A DNA stretch of 64,000 nt from Candidatus Woesebacteria bacterium RBG_13_46_13 (lineage in GTDB: Bacteria; Patescibacteriota; Microgenomatia; UBA8517): the NCBI GenBank assembly GCA_001791995.1, contig MGFR01000001.1:242638-306637 (forward strand), in the 5' to 3' direction. Below, piece by piece: positions 36,378-46,835 of the stretch. The translations under genes were made by a program, and so were the position numbers. Under the pieces are notes generated by a model. It was not told the origin of the DNA, made no database searches, and worked only from the letters and a program-made list of their open reading frames with translations. Each line of letters begins with the position of its first letter. The stretch's first letter is position 1.

Positions 36378-37004
36378 ATGCTGGGGACAAAAGTTATCGA
36401 AGAAGTCCGTTCTGCCCTCAACGGAAAGATCGAGGTGGTAAAGTCCGTCGGGTTCGGCACCTATATCAAAGTTGAAGGCCTTACCCAATCCGGAGGGGTT
36501 GTATATGAGGTTTGGCAAAGCACCCTGAAAAAGGTCAAGGGTAAAAAATTAGACATTCAAAGAAGCCTCATCTTGGGTTTAGGCGGCGGAAGTGCGGCCA
36601 AGCTGGTCAAAAAATATTGGCGAGAGGCCAAAATAACCGGTGTGGACATTGACCCGGTGATGGTAAGGTTGGGGGAAAAGTACCTCGATCTTAAGGATGT
36701 TGAAATTCGGGTAGAGGATGCAGAGAAGTTTATTGGTAGAGAGGTTGCGGCCGGTACCAAGTACGACCTGATCCTTATCGATATGTATATCGGGGATACC
36801 GTTCCCGAGAAGTTCCAGTCGGACAAATTTATTAAGACTATTCATACAATGTTGGGCCAGGGCGGAGTCGCGATTTTCAACAGGCTTTACTTCGGAGAAA
36901 AAAGATCTGAGGCGGTGAAGTTTGGCAACAAACTAGAAAAGGCTTTTTTGAATGTTGAGTATGTCTACCCTGAAGCGAACCTGATGTTTGTTTGTCTTAA
37001 ATAG
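36378..37004 (+). CDS. SAM-dependent methyltransferase, spermidine-synthase-like
   Basis: LILGLGGGS, VDIDPVM, DA..F, YDLILIDMY. Confidence 0.85.
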   Translation: MLGTKVIEEVRSALNGKIEVVKSVGFGTYIKVEGLTQSGGVVYEVWQSTLKKVKGKKLDIQRSLILGLGGGSAAKLVKKYWREAKITGVDIDPVMVRLGEKYLDLKDVEIRVEDAEKFIGREVAAGTKYDLILIDMYIGDTVPEKFQSDKFIKTIHTMLGQGGVAIFNRLYFGEKRSEAVKFGNKLEKAFLNVEYVYPEANLMFVCLK

Positions 37005-38148
37005 CCTGCTTGGCTCTGGCTTCTTTGTAGAATTTCTTGATTGAAACAGTAAGCGCTCCCAGCCCGAAAAGCAGAACAAATAATTTGACGAATCCCGCCG
37101 CAAAAGGAATTAGGCTGACCAGGAAAAAGACCAAGACTCCCAAGGCATAAGCCCAGTTGTCACTGGTTTTACCGGAGACAATTTTCTTGCCTGCCCAGAA
37201 AAACACAAAGACTTTGGCCAGGTAAAGCGCAACAAAATATAGCGCAAAAAGTATCAGGGCAATGGGGAATCCGATGATTGTTAGCATCAAAATTACTAGT
37301 GCCAGGGGTGTGAGAAATACCAGCAGAAAACCTTTGCCCAGACTTTTCCAGGGCGATTTCTCGAGAGTGGCTGCGACCTTACCTACAAACCCGGGGAAGA
37401 GATTCAAAAGGATAAGCCCAATCACCAGTAGCGAAAGGGAGCTGATGAGTTTGCCCGAGACCTGGGCCTTCCAGATATTTTGGGTAATCATCTTTGTATC
37501 CAGTTTGGATGGGGAAAGCTCAACCGGGGATTTATTAAAGACAGTTTTCCCGACAATCTTGGCGCTGGGGTCGATTTGGGCTTCATGGTCTGCCCAATAG
37601 GTGAAATCCTTGGTAACCTGGGCACCTGAGGTCAATCTTATTTCTCCGGCTGCGACATCAAGTCTCCCCCCGACCTGATCCGAGACCGTGACGTTGCCTC
37701 CGGCAATTTCCACGTTTCCGGCAACGGGGGTTGAAAGGGTGATGTTACCGCCCGCAACGACCAAAGCTCCTCCCACGCTGGCACCTTTGGCAATGTCGAT
37801 ATTTCCGCCGGCAACGGTAATGTTTTTACCGACCTTGCCGCTTATCGTGACTTGCCCTCCGAAGACTCTCACGTCTTGGGTTACCTCGCCGTCAACCTTG
37901 ACGTTTCCGCCGGCCACCAATAAATCTCCGTCAACCTTGCCGCTGACGGTAATTTCTCCGCCGGCCGCATAGACATCGCCAATAACCACTCCGGAGATAT
38001 CAACCGTTTCCCCATAGGCAAAATAGGGATTTTCACTGATAGTTTTGTCTTTGGCCAGGGAGAAATTTTTACTTTGGGCTTTTACCGAGGTGGCCGAGAA
38101 GAGAAAGAGCAGAAAAAGGGAAAGTAATAACGAAATTATTTTTCTCAC
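36997..38148 (-). CDS. Secreted beta-helix (polymer-forming/bactofilin-like repeats) plus C-terminal multi-TM protein
   Basis: Repeated GDV/L-x-AAGG-x-V-x-I-x-G units, then about five TMs; TTGACA-18 nt-TACAAT 7 nt before GTG. Confidence 0.8.
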   Translation of the reverse strand: MRKIISLLLSLFLLFLFSATSVKAQSKNFSLAKDKTISENPYFAYGETVDISGVVIGDVYAAGGEITVSGKVDGDLLVAGGNVKVDGEVTQDVRVFGGQVTISGKVGKNITVAGGNIDIAKGASVGGALVVAGGNITLSTPVAGNVEIAGGNVTVSDQVGGRLDVAAGEIRLTSGAQVTKDFTYWADHEAQIDPSAKIVGKTVFNKSPVELSPSKLDTKMITQNIWKAQVSGKLISSLSLLVIGLILLNLFPGFVGKVAATLEKSPWKSLGKGFLLVFLTPLALVILMLTIIGFPIALILFALYFVALYLAKVFVFFWAGKKIVSGKTSDNWAYALGVLVFFLVSLIPFAAGFVKLFVLLFGLGALTVSIKKFYKEARAKQAI

Positions 38149-38229
38149 CTCAATTATTGTAGGGAATTATTTTCCACAATGTCAAGGATTGAGGGTGAAT
38201 AGTTAAGGCTGAATTGATAGAATAGATAC

Positions 38230-40935
38230 GTGCTGAACATATTCTCAAGATTTCTTGATATCAACAAAAGAGAAGTTGATAGGCTTGCAAAAATAGTTGC
38301 CGAGATAAACTCTTTCGCTGCCAAGATTAAGAAGTTTAAAGAAAAAGACTTTGCCGCAAAGACCAAAGAGTTCAAAGGCCGCATAGAAAAAGGTGAACCC
38401 CTGGAGAGTATCCTGCCGGAGGCTTTTGCCTTGGTCAAGGAAGCTTCCTGGAGAGCCATCGGCTTAAGGCATTTTGACGTACAGCTTTTGGCCGCCACCG
38501 CTCTTTTTGAAGGCAAGGTGATTGAGCAGAAAACGGGTGAAGGAAAAACTCTTTCGGCAATTCCCGCCCTATATCTGCGGGCTCTTACCGGTAAGGGAGT
38601 GCACTTGGTTACGGTTAACGACTATCTGGCCCGCCGAGACGCCGGCTGGAACGGACCAACCTTTAATCTTTTGGGTTTAACCGTGGGCTCGATTATTCAG
38701 GAAACCAAATCTTTTGTCTTTGACCCCGAATTTTCGGATACCAGCCACGGGGATGAGCGACTGTCTCATCTTAAGCCATCCGAGAGAAAGCTTGCCTATC
38801 AGGCCGATGTTACCTACGGAACCAATAACGAATTCGGTTTCGATTACCTCCGGGATAACATGGTGGGCACCCTTGAGGAGATGGTGCAAAGGGGACACCA
38901 CTATGCAATCGTCGACGAGGTAGACTCAATCTTAATCGATGAGGCGCGAACTCCTCTGATAATCTCCGCTCCGGATACGGAGCCTACCGACAAATACTAC
39001 AAATTTGCCCAGCTGGTGGGGAAGCTTAATCCCGACACTGACTATTCGGTTGATGAGAAAGCCAAAAGTGCGACCTTAACCGAGCACGGGATAACCAAGG
39101 TCGAAAAGATTTTGGGGGTGGAGAATCTTTACGAAAAAGATTTCGAGTCAATCCATCATATCGAAAATGCCCTGCGGGCCCGCACTCTTTATCTTCGGGA
39201 TAAAGATTATGTGGTCAAAGACGACAAGGTAACCATCGTTGATGAATTTACGGGCAGGCTGATGATCGGACGGCGCTGGAGCGACGGATTGCACCAGGCG
39301 GTTGAGGCCAAAGAAGAAGTCCATATCCAGCAGGAGTCCAAAACTCTGGCAACCATCTCCTTCCAGAATTACTTCAGAATGTACGAAGTGCTTTCGGGAA
39401 TGACCGGTACAGCATCAACCGAAGCGGAAGAGTTTAAGAAGATTTACAAACTCGAAGTTGTTGTCGTCCCAACCCATAAGCCGATGGTCAGGGACGACAA
39501 CCCCGATTCGATATATAAAACCTTAAGGGCCAAGTACGGGGCGGTAGTTGCCGAGATAGAAGAAAAACACAAGAAGGGTCAGCCCGTTTTGGTTGGAACG
39601 ACTTCAATTGAGAAGAACGAGATTATCTCGGAGTACCTAAAAAGAAGAAAAATTCCCCATAACATTCTTAACGCCAAGAACCACGAAAGAGAAGCCATGA
39701 TTATTGCCGAAGCGGGTAAGCCGGGTGGCGTGACGGTTGCTACCAACATGGCCGGCCGGGGTGTGGACATTGTTTTGGGCGGGGCCATGCCGGAAAGGGT
39801 GGAAGGGACTACCACCGAAAAATGGAAAACGACAAACCAGTACAAAAAGTGGGAAGAGGCGCACCAAAAAGTTGTGGCCGCAGGAGGGCTACACGTTCTC
39901 GGCACCGAAAGACATGAGTCCCGCCGCATTGATAATCAGCTCAGGGGCCGTTCCGGTCGTCAGGGGGATCCCGGTTCCTCCAAATTCTTCCTTTCCCTGG
40001 AGGATGATTTGATGCGGATTTTCGGAGGCGAGGCGATCTCTTCGATTATGGATAGGCTAAATCTGCCCGAGGAGATGCCCATTGAAAACGCTCTGGTGAG
40101 TCGGGCCATCGAGCAGGCCCAGGTTAAAGTGGAAGGGTTCCATTTTGACATCAGAAAGCGCTTGGTAGAGTTTGACGATGTTGCCAATCAGCAGCGGGAG
40201 ATAGTATATAAGCTAAGAAAAAGAATACTCGAATCGACTGACTTAAAAGAGGAAATTGTCTCCAAGCTTTCCCAGCAGATAGACAGGATTTTGCTTATCT
40301 CCTGGCCCGAATTTTCCCCCAAGCCGGATTACGAAAGGGTTTTGGTATCATTCTTGGATATCGTTCCTTTTGACGAGGCCTCGATCAAAAGAGTCAAAGG
40401 GGAGCTGTCCAAACGAACCATTAAGGAAGAGATAAAGCAGCTTCTGGAAAAGGTGATAGCGGATGTCCATAAAACTAGGGAAGAGCAGGTGGGAGCGGAG
40501 GTTATGAGGCAGATTGAAAAATACGCCTATCTGGGCTCCATCGACCATCTTTGGATTGACCATATTGACCACATCGACGATTTGAGGGAAGGAATCGGGC
40601 TTAGAGCCTACGGACAGCGCGATCCCTTAGTCGAGTTTAAGGCTGAAGCCTACGGGATGTTCGAAGGGTTGATAGACAAAATAGATGAAGAGCTTTCCCA
40701 CAGGATATTCAGAATTGGGGTGGCCATGCCCCAGCCGGAGATACCTCTTGCCCAAGCCAGGGAAAATATCGACAAATCCGACACCACGGGGCTAGCTGGA
40801 GATGCCCAAGAAACTGCCCAAAGCGGGGAGCCTGCATTTGCCGAGAAAAGTAAAATTGGCCGCAACGATCCCTGCTGGTGCGGCAGCGGCAAAAAATGGA
40901 AGAAGTGTCATTACCCCAATCCCGGACCTGCGTAA
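38230..40935 (+). CDS. secA: Preprotein translocase SecA
   Basis: TGEGKT, IVDEVDSILIDEARTPLIIS, ATNMAGRGVDI, SEC-C motif GRNDPCWCGSGKKWKKCH. Confidence 0.98.
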   Translation: MLNIFSRFLDINKREVDRLAKIVAEINSFAAKIKKFKEKDFAAKTKEFKGRIEKGEPLESILPEAFALVKEASWRAIGLRHFDVQLLAATALFEGKVIEQKTGEGKTLSAIPALYLRALTGKGVHLVTVNDYLARRDAGWNGPTFNLLGLTVGSIIQETKSFVFDPEFSDTSHGDERLSHLKPSERKLAYQADVTYGTNNEFGFDYLRDNMVGTLEEMVQRGHHYAIVDEVDSILIDEARTPLIISAPDTEPTDKYYKFAQLVGKLNPDTDYSVDEKAKSATLTEHGITKVEKILGVENLYEKDFESIHHIENALRARTLYLRDKDYVVKDDKVTIVDEFTGRLMIGRRWSDGLHQAVEAKEEVHIQQESKTLATISFQNYFRMYEVLSGMTGTASTEAEEFKKIYKLEVVVVPTHKPMVRDDNPDSIYKTLRAKYGAVVAEIEEKHKKGQPVLVGTTSIEKNEIISEYLKRRKIPHNILNAKNHEREAMIIAEAGKPGGVTVATNMAGRGVDIVLGGAMPERVEGTTTEKWKTTNQYKKWEEAHQKVVAAGGLHVLGTERHESRRIDNQLRGRSGRQGDPGSSKFFLSLEDDLMRIFGGEAISSIMDRLNLPEEMPIENALVSRAIEQAQVKVEGFHFDIRKRLVEFDDVANQQREIVYKLRKRILESTDLKEEIVSKLSQQIDRILLISWPEFSPKPDYERVLVSFLDIVPFDEASIKRVKGELSKRTIKEEIKQLLEKVIADVHKTREEQVGAEVMRQIEKYAYLGSIDHLWIDHIDHIDDLREGIGLRAYGQRDPLVEFKAEAYGMFEGLIDKIDEELSHRIFRIGVAMPQPEIPLAQARENIDKSDTTGLAGDAQETAQSGEPAFAEKSKIGRNDPCWCGSGKKWKKCHYPNPGPA

Positions 40936-40938
40936 AGA

Positions 40939-42096
40939 ATGGATTTTTCTTTTGAGGTTTCAAAGAAAGACAAAAAAAGTCTGGCCCGGGCGGGAGTTAT
41001 CCATACGTCTCATGGGGATATTTTAACCCCAGCATTTTCCCCCGTTGCCACCAAGGCCTCGGTTAAAACCCTGACCCCCGATGATTTAAGAGCAGCAAAG
41101 ACCCAGGTAGTTTTGGGTAATACCTATCATCTTTATTTAAAACCCGGCACAGAAACTTTAAAAAAGTTTGGCGGCTTCGGTCCGTTTATGAGATGGCATG
41201 GTCCAACCATCTCCGATAGCGGTGGCTATCAGGTCTCATTTTTAAGATCCAAGTCGGAGGATGGGAGGCTGGTAAAGATTACGGATAAGGGAGCGATATT
41301 TTCCTCTTATCTGGATGGCTCCAGACACTTGATTACACCGGAAAAATCCATGGAGATTCAAAAGATATTGGCTGCTGACATTATCATGGCTTTTGATCAG
41401 CCCCTGGGAAGTGATTATTCTCCCCTGAAGAAAAAAGAAGCTTTCGAGAGGACGATGAAGTGGGAAGAACGGTCATTCTCCGCCTGGAAAAAACTCAAAA
41501 GCAACCAGGCCCTTTACGGAATTGTTCAGGGAGATATCGATAGAAGCTTAAGAAGGAAATCTTTGAAGTTTGTTCTTTCTCTGGGTTTTCCAGGAATTGC
41601 CATGGGCGGGGAATCAATTGGAGTCAGCCCCAAAATTACGGCCGAAACTCTTGATGCGGTGGCAGATATTCTTCCTCTCGATAAACCCCTGCATGCATTG
41701 GGACTTGGGGGAGGACCCGAGGGAATATTTACTGCAGTACAAAGAGGAGTGGATACTTTCGATAACACTTCAATCACCCGAATGGCCAGAACGGGCTTAC
41801 TCTTTATCTACCCCGAAGACGGGGGGAGTATTTCCAATAAATTTAGGATAGATATAGAAAAATCGAAATTCAAAAATGCAAGAGCCCCCATCAGCAATAA
41901 ATGCAGTTGTTATACCTGCAAAAATTTTTCTGCCGCCTATCTCCACCATCTTTTTTTGACCAGAGAGCTTTTGGGACTGCGGCTTGCCAGTATCCACAAT
42001 GTTTTTTTTGTTAACGATTTAATGGAACGAATCAGAAATTCGATTCTGGAAGGAGATTTTCGGGCTTTTAAGAAATACTGGTTGAATAGGGGTTGA
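40939..42096 (+). CDS. tgt: tRNA-guanine transglycosylase
   Basis: GNTYHL, DSGGYQVS, GIVQG, GVDTFD, CSCYTC..H zinc site. Confidence 0.93.
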   Translation: MDFSFEVSKKDKKSLARAGVIHTSHGDILTPAFSPVATKASVKTLTPDDLRAAKTQVVLGNTYHLYLKPGTETLKKFGGFGPFMRWHGPTISDSGGYQVSFLRSKSEDGRLVKITDKGAIFSSYLDGSRHLITPEKSMEIQKILAADIIMAFDQPLGSDYSPLKKKEAFERTMKWEERSFSAWKKLKSNQALYGIVQGDIDRSLRRKSLKFVLSLGFPGIAMGGESIGVSPKITAETLDAVADILPLDKPLHALGLGGGPEGIFTAVQRGVDTFDNTSITRMARTGLLFIYPEDGGSISNKFRIDIEKSKFKNARAPISNKCSCYTCKNFSAAYLHHLFLTRELLGLRLASIHNVFFVNDLMERIRNSILEGDFRAFKKYWLNRG

Positions 42097-42130
42097 CAAA
42101 TATTATTTAAGTAGATAAACTGGCGCCCAC

Positions 42131-42775
42131 ATGGACGAGAACCCGCAGGAAGAGCAAATAAACCAAGAAGTTGCTGAAGAAAAAACCCCGGAAGTCGGTT
42201 TTCCGATGGCCGCTCCCAAACCGAAATCCAAAATTAATAAACTGGTTATCTTTGCACTTGTACTTTTGGTGCTAGTAGGCGGAGGAATATTCCTTTTCAC
42301 CCGCAGTTCCAAAGACAAAACTGAAGATATTTCCCCGACACCGGCGGTAGAAGGATTGACCTCTCCCACCGCGACAACCTCTCCTTCGGTAACCCCTACC
42401 TCTATCGATAAATCGAAGATTTCAATCGAGATTCAAAACGGAACCGGAATCCCAGGGGAGGCGGCTTACCTTGAGACTCAGCTTAAAAGCCTGGGGTATA
42501 AAGATTTCAAGGTCGGAAATGCCGAAGACCAAACGGAAACGATAACTACAGTGACTTTCGCAAAGAGCCTTTCCTCAAGTATAGTTGACGAGATCACCAA
42601 AAAACTTGAAGAGGTCTATAAGGACGTGGAAACTAAAACATCAAGCACCCAGAAAGTAGATATTCTTATCGTTACTGGTCTTAAGAAGGGAGCAACCCCC
42701 AAGCCGACCACAACCACAACTCCGACTCCGACAAAAACTCCCACAGCGACCCCAACCGCAACTCCTTCTACCTAA
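42131..42775 (+). CDS. LytR C-terminal-domain membrane protein with Pro/Thr tail
   Basis: TM; IEIQNGTGIPGEA..LKSLGY..VGNA; promoter TTGACA(42093)-17 nt-TAAACT. Confidence 0.8.
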   Translation: MDENPQEEQINQEVAEEKTPEVGFPMAAPKPKSKINKLVIFALVLLVLVGGGIFLFTRSSKDKTEDISPTPAVEGLTSPTATTSPSVTPTSIDKSKISIEIQNGTGIPGEAAYLETQLKSLGYKDFKVGNAEDQTETITTVTFAKSLSSSIVDEITKKLEEVYKDVETKTSSTQKVDILIVTGLKKGATPKPTTTTTPTPTKTPTATPTATPST

Positions 42776-42796
42776 AACGAGGTATAATAATTGTGT

Positions 42797-43255
42797 ATGG
42801 ATGCTGTCCGGATTCTTGGGCAAACTTTTGATTTAAACCTGGGAAAATTAACCTTTTCCCCTTCATATGTCCAGGCAGGGGCAATAGTCTTTCTGCTTTT
42901 TCTCCTGGTCTTAACCATGGCCCAGTTCAGGAGGCACTTGATGGGCTGGTCCTTAAAAGGAGGGGTCTTTGGCTTATTTATCGGCTTTACCTTGGCCCTT
43001 ATCTTGGAAGGATTTTTGATAGTCGGGGGCAAAACCGCGGTTACCGAACTGGTGGGCTGGAAAAATGCGCCTAAGCCCCTACTGGTTGCCTTGGAAGCCG
43101 GAAGGAGTAAGCTTGTTGCCGTCTTGGGAGTAACTGACGAAATTCCCACCTCAAACGCCGAAGTCAGGGCCACAACCGAGAAAGTTGTTGGCGATTATCA
43201 GAGCCTAAGCCCAGAAGAGGCCAAGTCCGTGCGCAGAATGATTTGCCTCCCCTAA
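42797..43255 (+). CDS. Hypothetical membrane protein
   Basis: Two TMs; TATAAT 8 nt before ATG. Confidence 0.7.
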   Translation: MDAVRILGQTFDLNLGKLTFSPSYVQAGAIVFLLFLLVLTMAQFRRHLMGWSLKGGVFGLFIGFTLALILEGFLIVGGKTAVTELVGWKNAPKPLLVALEAGRSKLVAVLGVTDEIPTSNAEVRATTEKVVGDYQSLSPEEAKSVRRMICLP

Positions 43256-43276
43256 AGCTGATATACTTCGTTTATC

Positions 43277-44359
43277 ATGCAGGACCTACGGCAGCAAGTT
43301 ACCGAGTTGGAGGCTAAAATGCAGAATTTGTTATCCTCCATCAGCCTGACCGACAAAAAAACCCAACTCAACGCCCTTGAGGCCAAAACTTTAGATCCCG
43401 CTCTTTGGGAAAATCCCGAGGCGGCCAAATCGCTTTTGCAGGAATTCTCCGATACCAAGCAAGAAATTGAGCAGATGGAAACTCTTACTCAAGAGATATC
43501 CCTTCTGAAAGAATTGGTCCAGGACGAGAAAACCCAGGAGGGGCTGGAGAATGAAATCAGAAAAACCCAGTCAGCCCTGGAAAAGCTCATCCTTAAGTCC
43601 TTCTTGGCTGGAAAGTACGACAAGAAGAACGCTCTGGTTTCGATACATGCGGGCCAAGGTGGTACCGAGGCCATGGATTGGGCCAATATGCTCTTAAGGA
43701 TGTATCTGCGTTTTTGCCAAAGAAGAGATTGGGAAACACACGTTCTCGATACCACAGCCGGGGAGGAGGCGGGAGTAAAAAGCGTAACCTTCAAAGTCGC
43801 CGGTGCCTACGCCTACGGATACCTTAAAGGGGAATCTGGAACACACCGGCTGGTCAGGCAATCTCCTTTTAATGCCGACAATTTGAGACAAACCTCTTTT
43901 GCCCTGGTGGAGGTCTTACCTGAACTCACCGAGGTTGACCTGCCGGATATCGTCATCAAAGACGAGGACTTGGACTGGCAATTTTTCAGGGCCAGCTCTC
44001 AAGGCGGGCAAAACGTTCAGAAAGTATCCAGCGCGGTGAGATTGACCCATATTCCCACCAAAATCGTGGTTACGGCCCAGTCGGAGAGATTCCAGGAACA
44101 AAACAGGAAAAACGCCCTGGATCTTTTGAGGTCCAAGCTTTGGCTCTTGGAGGAGCTTAAGGCCGACGAAACCAAAAAAGAGCTTAAGGGTCAGTACCGA
44201 CCTGCTTCCTGGGGAAACCAAATCCGCTCGTACGTGCTGCATCCCTATAAAATGGTCAAAGACCTAAGAACGGAGGTTGAAACCTCAAACTCGGAAGCGG
44301 TTCTTGACGGTGAGATTGATGAATTTATCGAAGCCGAACTAAAATTGAGCGGTCACTAG
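43277..44359 (+). CDS. prfB: Peptide chain release factor 2 (no internal frameshift)
   Basis: GGTEAMDWA, SPF anticodon motif, GGQ, WGNQIRSYV; continuous ORF. Confidence 0.97.
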   Translation: MQDLRQQVTELEAKMQNLLSSISLTDKKTQLNALEAKTLDPALWENPEAAKSLLQEFSDTKQEIEQMETLTQEISLLKELVQDEKTQEGLENEIRKTQSALEKLILKSFLAGKYDKKNALVSIHAGQGGTEAMDWANMLLRMYLRFCQRRDWETHVLDTTAGEEAGVKSVTFKVAGAYAYGYLKGESGTHRLVRQSPFNADNLRQTSFALVEVLPELTEVDLPDIVIKDEDLDWQFFRASSQGGQNVQKVSSAVRLTHIPTKIVVTAQSERFQEQNRKNALDLLRSKLWLLEELKADETKKELKGQYRPASWGNQIRSYVLHPYKMVKDLRTEVETSNSEAVLDGEIDEFIEAELKLSGH

Positions 44360-44402
44360 ACACTATTCACTAATAAGTATTTCTTGTGTTATAGTAAGAT
44401 TC

Positions 44403-44879
44403 ATGGAGCAGACAGCCACACCTACGCCCACCCCAAAGATACCGGTTGCCATGGGGTCGGTCGTTAAAAAGTTTCCCAAATTCGATATCAAAGGTTCGGC
44501 AATTCTGATCGCAGGGGTGGTTCTGGTGATTTTGGCCGGAATCGGCACCGGCTGGTTACTTTCCGGCAGGGCAAAGATTGCAGGGAGTTCTTCCCAAACC
44601 GTCCCGGGAGCGGAAACCGGTCCCAAGGAAGCCGGATTGGCGGATGAAAAAACATTCAGAGATACAGCTGAGGGAACTTTGGAAGAAGGCGGTATTGCCG
44701 GAGAGGGGACTCACCACTTGGTGCGCGACGGCGGGCCCAGCCAAAATGTGTACCTAACCTCAACCGTAATCGATTTGGAAAGCTTTGTCGGCAAAAAAGT
44801 TCAGGTTTGGGGAGAGACGATATCGGCGCGTAAAGCAGGCTGGCTAATGGATATCGGCAAAATTAAGGTCGTACAATAA
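44403..44879 (+). CDS. Hypothetical membrane-anchored protein with a small beta domain
   Basis: TM then EGTLEEGG..GTHHL..YLTSTVIDLESFVGKKVQVWG. Confidence 0.75.
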   Translation: MEQTATPTPTPKIPVAMGSVVKKFPKFDIKGSAILIAGVVLVILAGIGTGWLLSGRAKIAGSSSQTVPGAETGPKEAGLADEKTFRDTAEGTLEEGGIAGEGTHHLVRDGGPSQNVYLTSTVIDLESFVGKKVQVWGETISARKAGWLMDIGKIKVVQ

Positions 44880-45981
44880 CTCCATCGGGCGTTCTTCCAC
44901 CCAGAAATCCGTCGTCAAAATTATGAAATTCTGCGTATTGGTTTCTTAGCAAATTGAGTGACTCCCGCTCTTTCGCATAATCCGGAAGGGTTTTGCGAAG
45001 AGAAATTGTAAACGTAAGTCTGGCGTCGGAAGGCCAGCTTCTGTGCCTGGCGGGAGATGCGGGATTTACCGGCTCTTCATTTAAGACCAGGTCTGCCGAG
45101 AAAGAAAAATATAAAGGCGGTGAACCCGGCAAAACCCTGAATCTGTAGTCGGAATGTAAGGGGTACCACTCAACCGTTGCGTCGGAGTTGGCCCTGGTTA
45201 TGGCCCTATCCAGGGGGTTTTCTCCATATTGGAGATTGGGGCTGTGGGTTACCCTGGCAACCTCTTCGGTTAGCCCCATCGCACTTGCGAGAAAAACACA
45301 TTTGGACATGGTGGTGACGCTTGCACAGACCCCCCCGGCATCAACATATCCTCCTATCAAAAACCTTTCGGCGTTTCTATGGATTACTCCAGACATATCA
45401 AGGTAAGAATAAACACTTCCGGGGGTAAGAGGTCCATTTTCTTGCTGCCATTCCGAGATGCAGGTTAGGGCGGTTAAAATGTTATATATTTTACTCGGAT
45501 AAATTCTGCTCCTGTCGGAGAATGCATAGGTAGCCACAATATCTTCGTTCTTCCTTCTAAGGCTGCCATTCATGATCTCCATCCTTGATTCATCTTGGCT
45601 AAAGCCAACAACTACATGCATTAAAGGGGGATATATTCCCGTTGCATGGGGAACATCGGCCACCCAAGCAACAGGACCCAGAGCTCCGGGAACCTCATAG
45701 CCTCTTTCCGGTCTAATGGGGGTAAGGATATCCAAAGGGAGCCCGTTAAAATGTACCCACTCCGGATAGTAGTAGGAATTGCCCGGCAAGGTTGAATCAA
45801 TGAGAGAGCCTCCACGGGTCAGAGTCTCTATGTAGACCGGGGTATCCTGGGTAATAAATTTAGGCAAATCGGTCAGGGGTTCGCGGGTTTCAACTTCTTT
45901 AGCTGAGGGGAGGACCATAGAAAAAGCTGCGGTCCCCGCAACTTTTAAAAAATCTCTTCGGCTAAGGCGTTCTTTTTCCAT
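44863..45981 (-). CDS. Twin-arginine-signal protein, VanW-like domain
   Basis: SRRDFLK; GGVCASVTTM..HS..DATV..DYRFR resembles VanW GGVCQVSTT..HS..DATV..DFKF. Confidence 0.65.
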   Translation of the reverse strand: MEKERLSRRDFLKVAGTAAFSMVLPSAKEVETREPLTDLPKFITQDTPVYIETLTRGGSLIDSTLPGNSYYYPEWVHFNGLPLDILTPIRPERGYEVPGALGPVAWVADVPHATGIYPPLMHVVVGFSQDESRMEIMNGSLRRKNEDIVATYAFSDRSRIYPSKIYNILTALTCISEWQQENGPLTPGSVYSYLDMSGVIHRNAERFLIGGYVDAGGVCASVTTMSKCVFLASAMGLTEEVARVTHSPNLQYGENPLDRAITRANSDATVEWYPLHSDYRFRVLPGSPPLYFSFSADLVLNEEPVNPASPARHRSWPSDARLTFTISLRKTLPDYAKERESLNLLRNQYAEFHNFDDGFLGGRTPDGVIVRP

Positions 45982-46689
45982 TTATTCTTCGGGTATATGG
46001 GGAGAGTTTTTTAACCTCCTTAAGTATCTTTGAATAAGCTCGGCCGGGTCGACAAAAAACCTGTTGATGTAGCTCACTGGAGCTCTATTTGGATACCACC
46101 AGGGGTCTTCCTGCCAGTGGCGCTCAAAAAGCTCGCGGTTGCCGGCATCAAAGTGCAAGTGGCTGAAGCCGTTAGGCCATCCGCTTTTGCCCATTGTTCC
46201 AATAATTTCTCCGGCTCTGTAGTTAGTTCCGACTTCGGCATCCCAGCTGTCCAGATGGCAGTAGCGCGTGTAGATTAAAGTTCCGTCGGGAAGCCTGTGG
46301 CAAAACATGGCAATTTTCCCCAAATCCCTGTAGTCTCCGTCTCCGACAAAAACACAAACGCCGTTCATGATAAGCCTCAGAGGAGTTCCCAAGTCCTCGT
46401 CAAAATCTCCGCAGTTAAAATCGACTCCGATATGATGGCCTCCGTCAAGGGAATAATCCACATTTACGGTTTCCTGAAGATGTCTATAGCCCAGTCCCGG
46501 GAAAACACCGTCCCCCATAATTGCCTCCAGGTCGTTTCCGAAAGGGGGCAAAGAGTAAGTTGCGGTCCTCTCCGGAAAAACATCAAGCGGGAGCTCGGGC
46601 GATTCGCCTTCTTTGCGGGGCATGGCAAAAGAGGCCCCGAGCATTGTCGCAGCTTTCAAAAAATCTCTACGCGATAATTCTTTAGACAT
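45982..46689 (-). CDS. Twin-arginine-signal M23 metallopeptidase
   Basis: SRRDFLK; HIGVD, YCHL, IGTMGKSG, HLHF. Confidence 0.88.
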   Translation of the reverse strand: MSKELSRRDFLKAATMLGASFAMPRKEGESPELPLDVFPERTATYSLPPFGNDLEAIMGDGVFPGLGYRHLQETVNVDYSLDGGHHIGVDFNCGDFDEDLGTPLRLIMNGVCVFVGDGDYRDLGKIAMFCHRLPDGTLIYTRYCHLDSWDAEVGTNYRAGEIIGTMGKSGWPNGFSHLHFDAGNRELFERHWQEDPWWYPNRAPVSYINRFFVDPAELIQRYLRRLKNSPHIPEE

Positions 46690-46835
46690 AGACTATAAGG
46701 GGGCAGAAGTTGTGATATTAAACCACATTTCTTCCAAAAATACAATCTATAGGGTAGTTTTGCAGGATAAATTTGAATTAGGCTGATACAATAAATGCGG
46801 AGATAGGACAATTTGATTTCTGCCCCAACCTGTCC

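Noticed and set aside
43277-43400. Programmed +1 frameshift in prfB
   Set aside because: The ORF is continuous with no CTT-TGA site.
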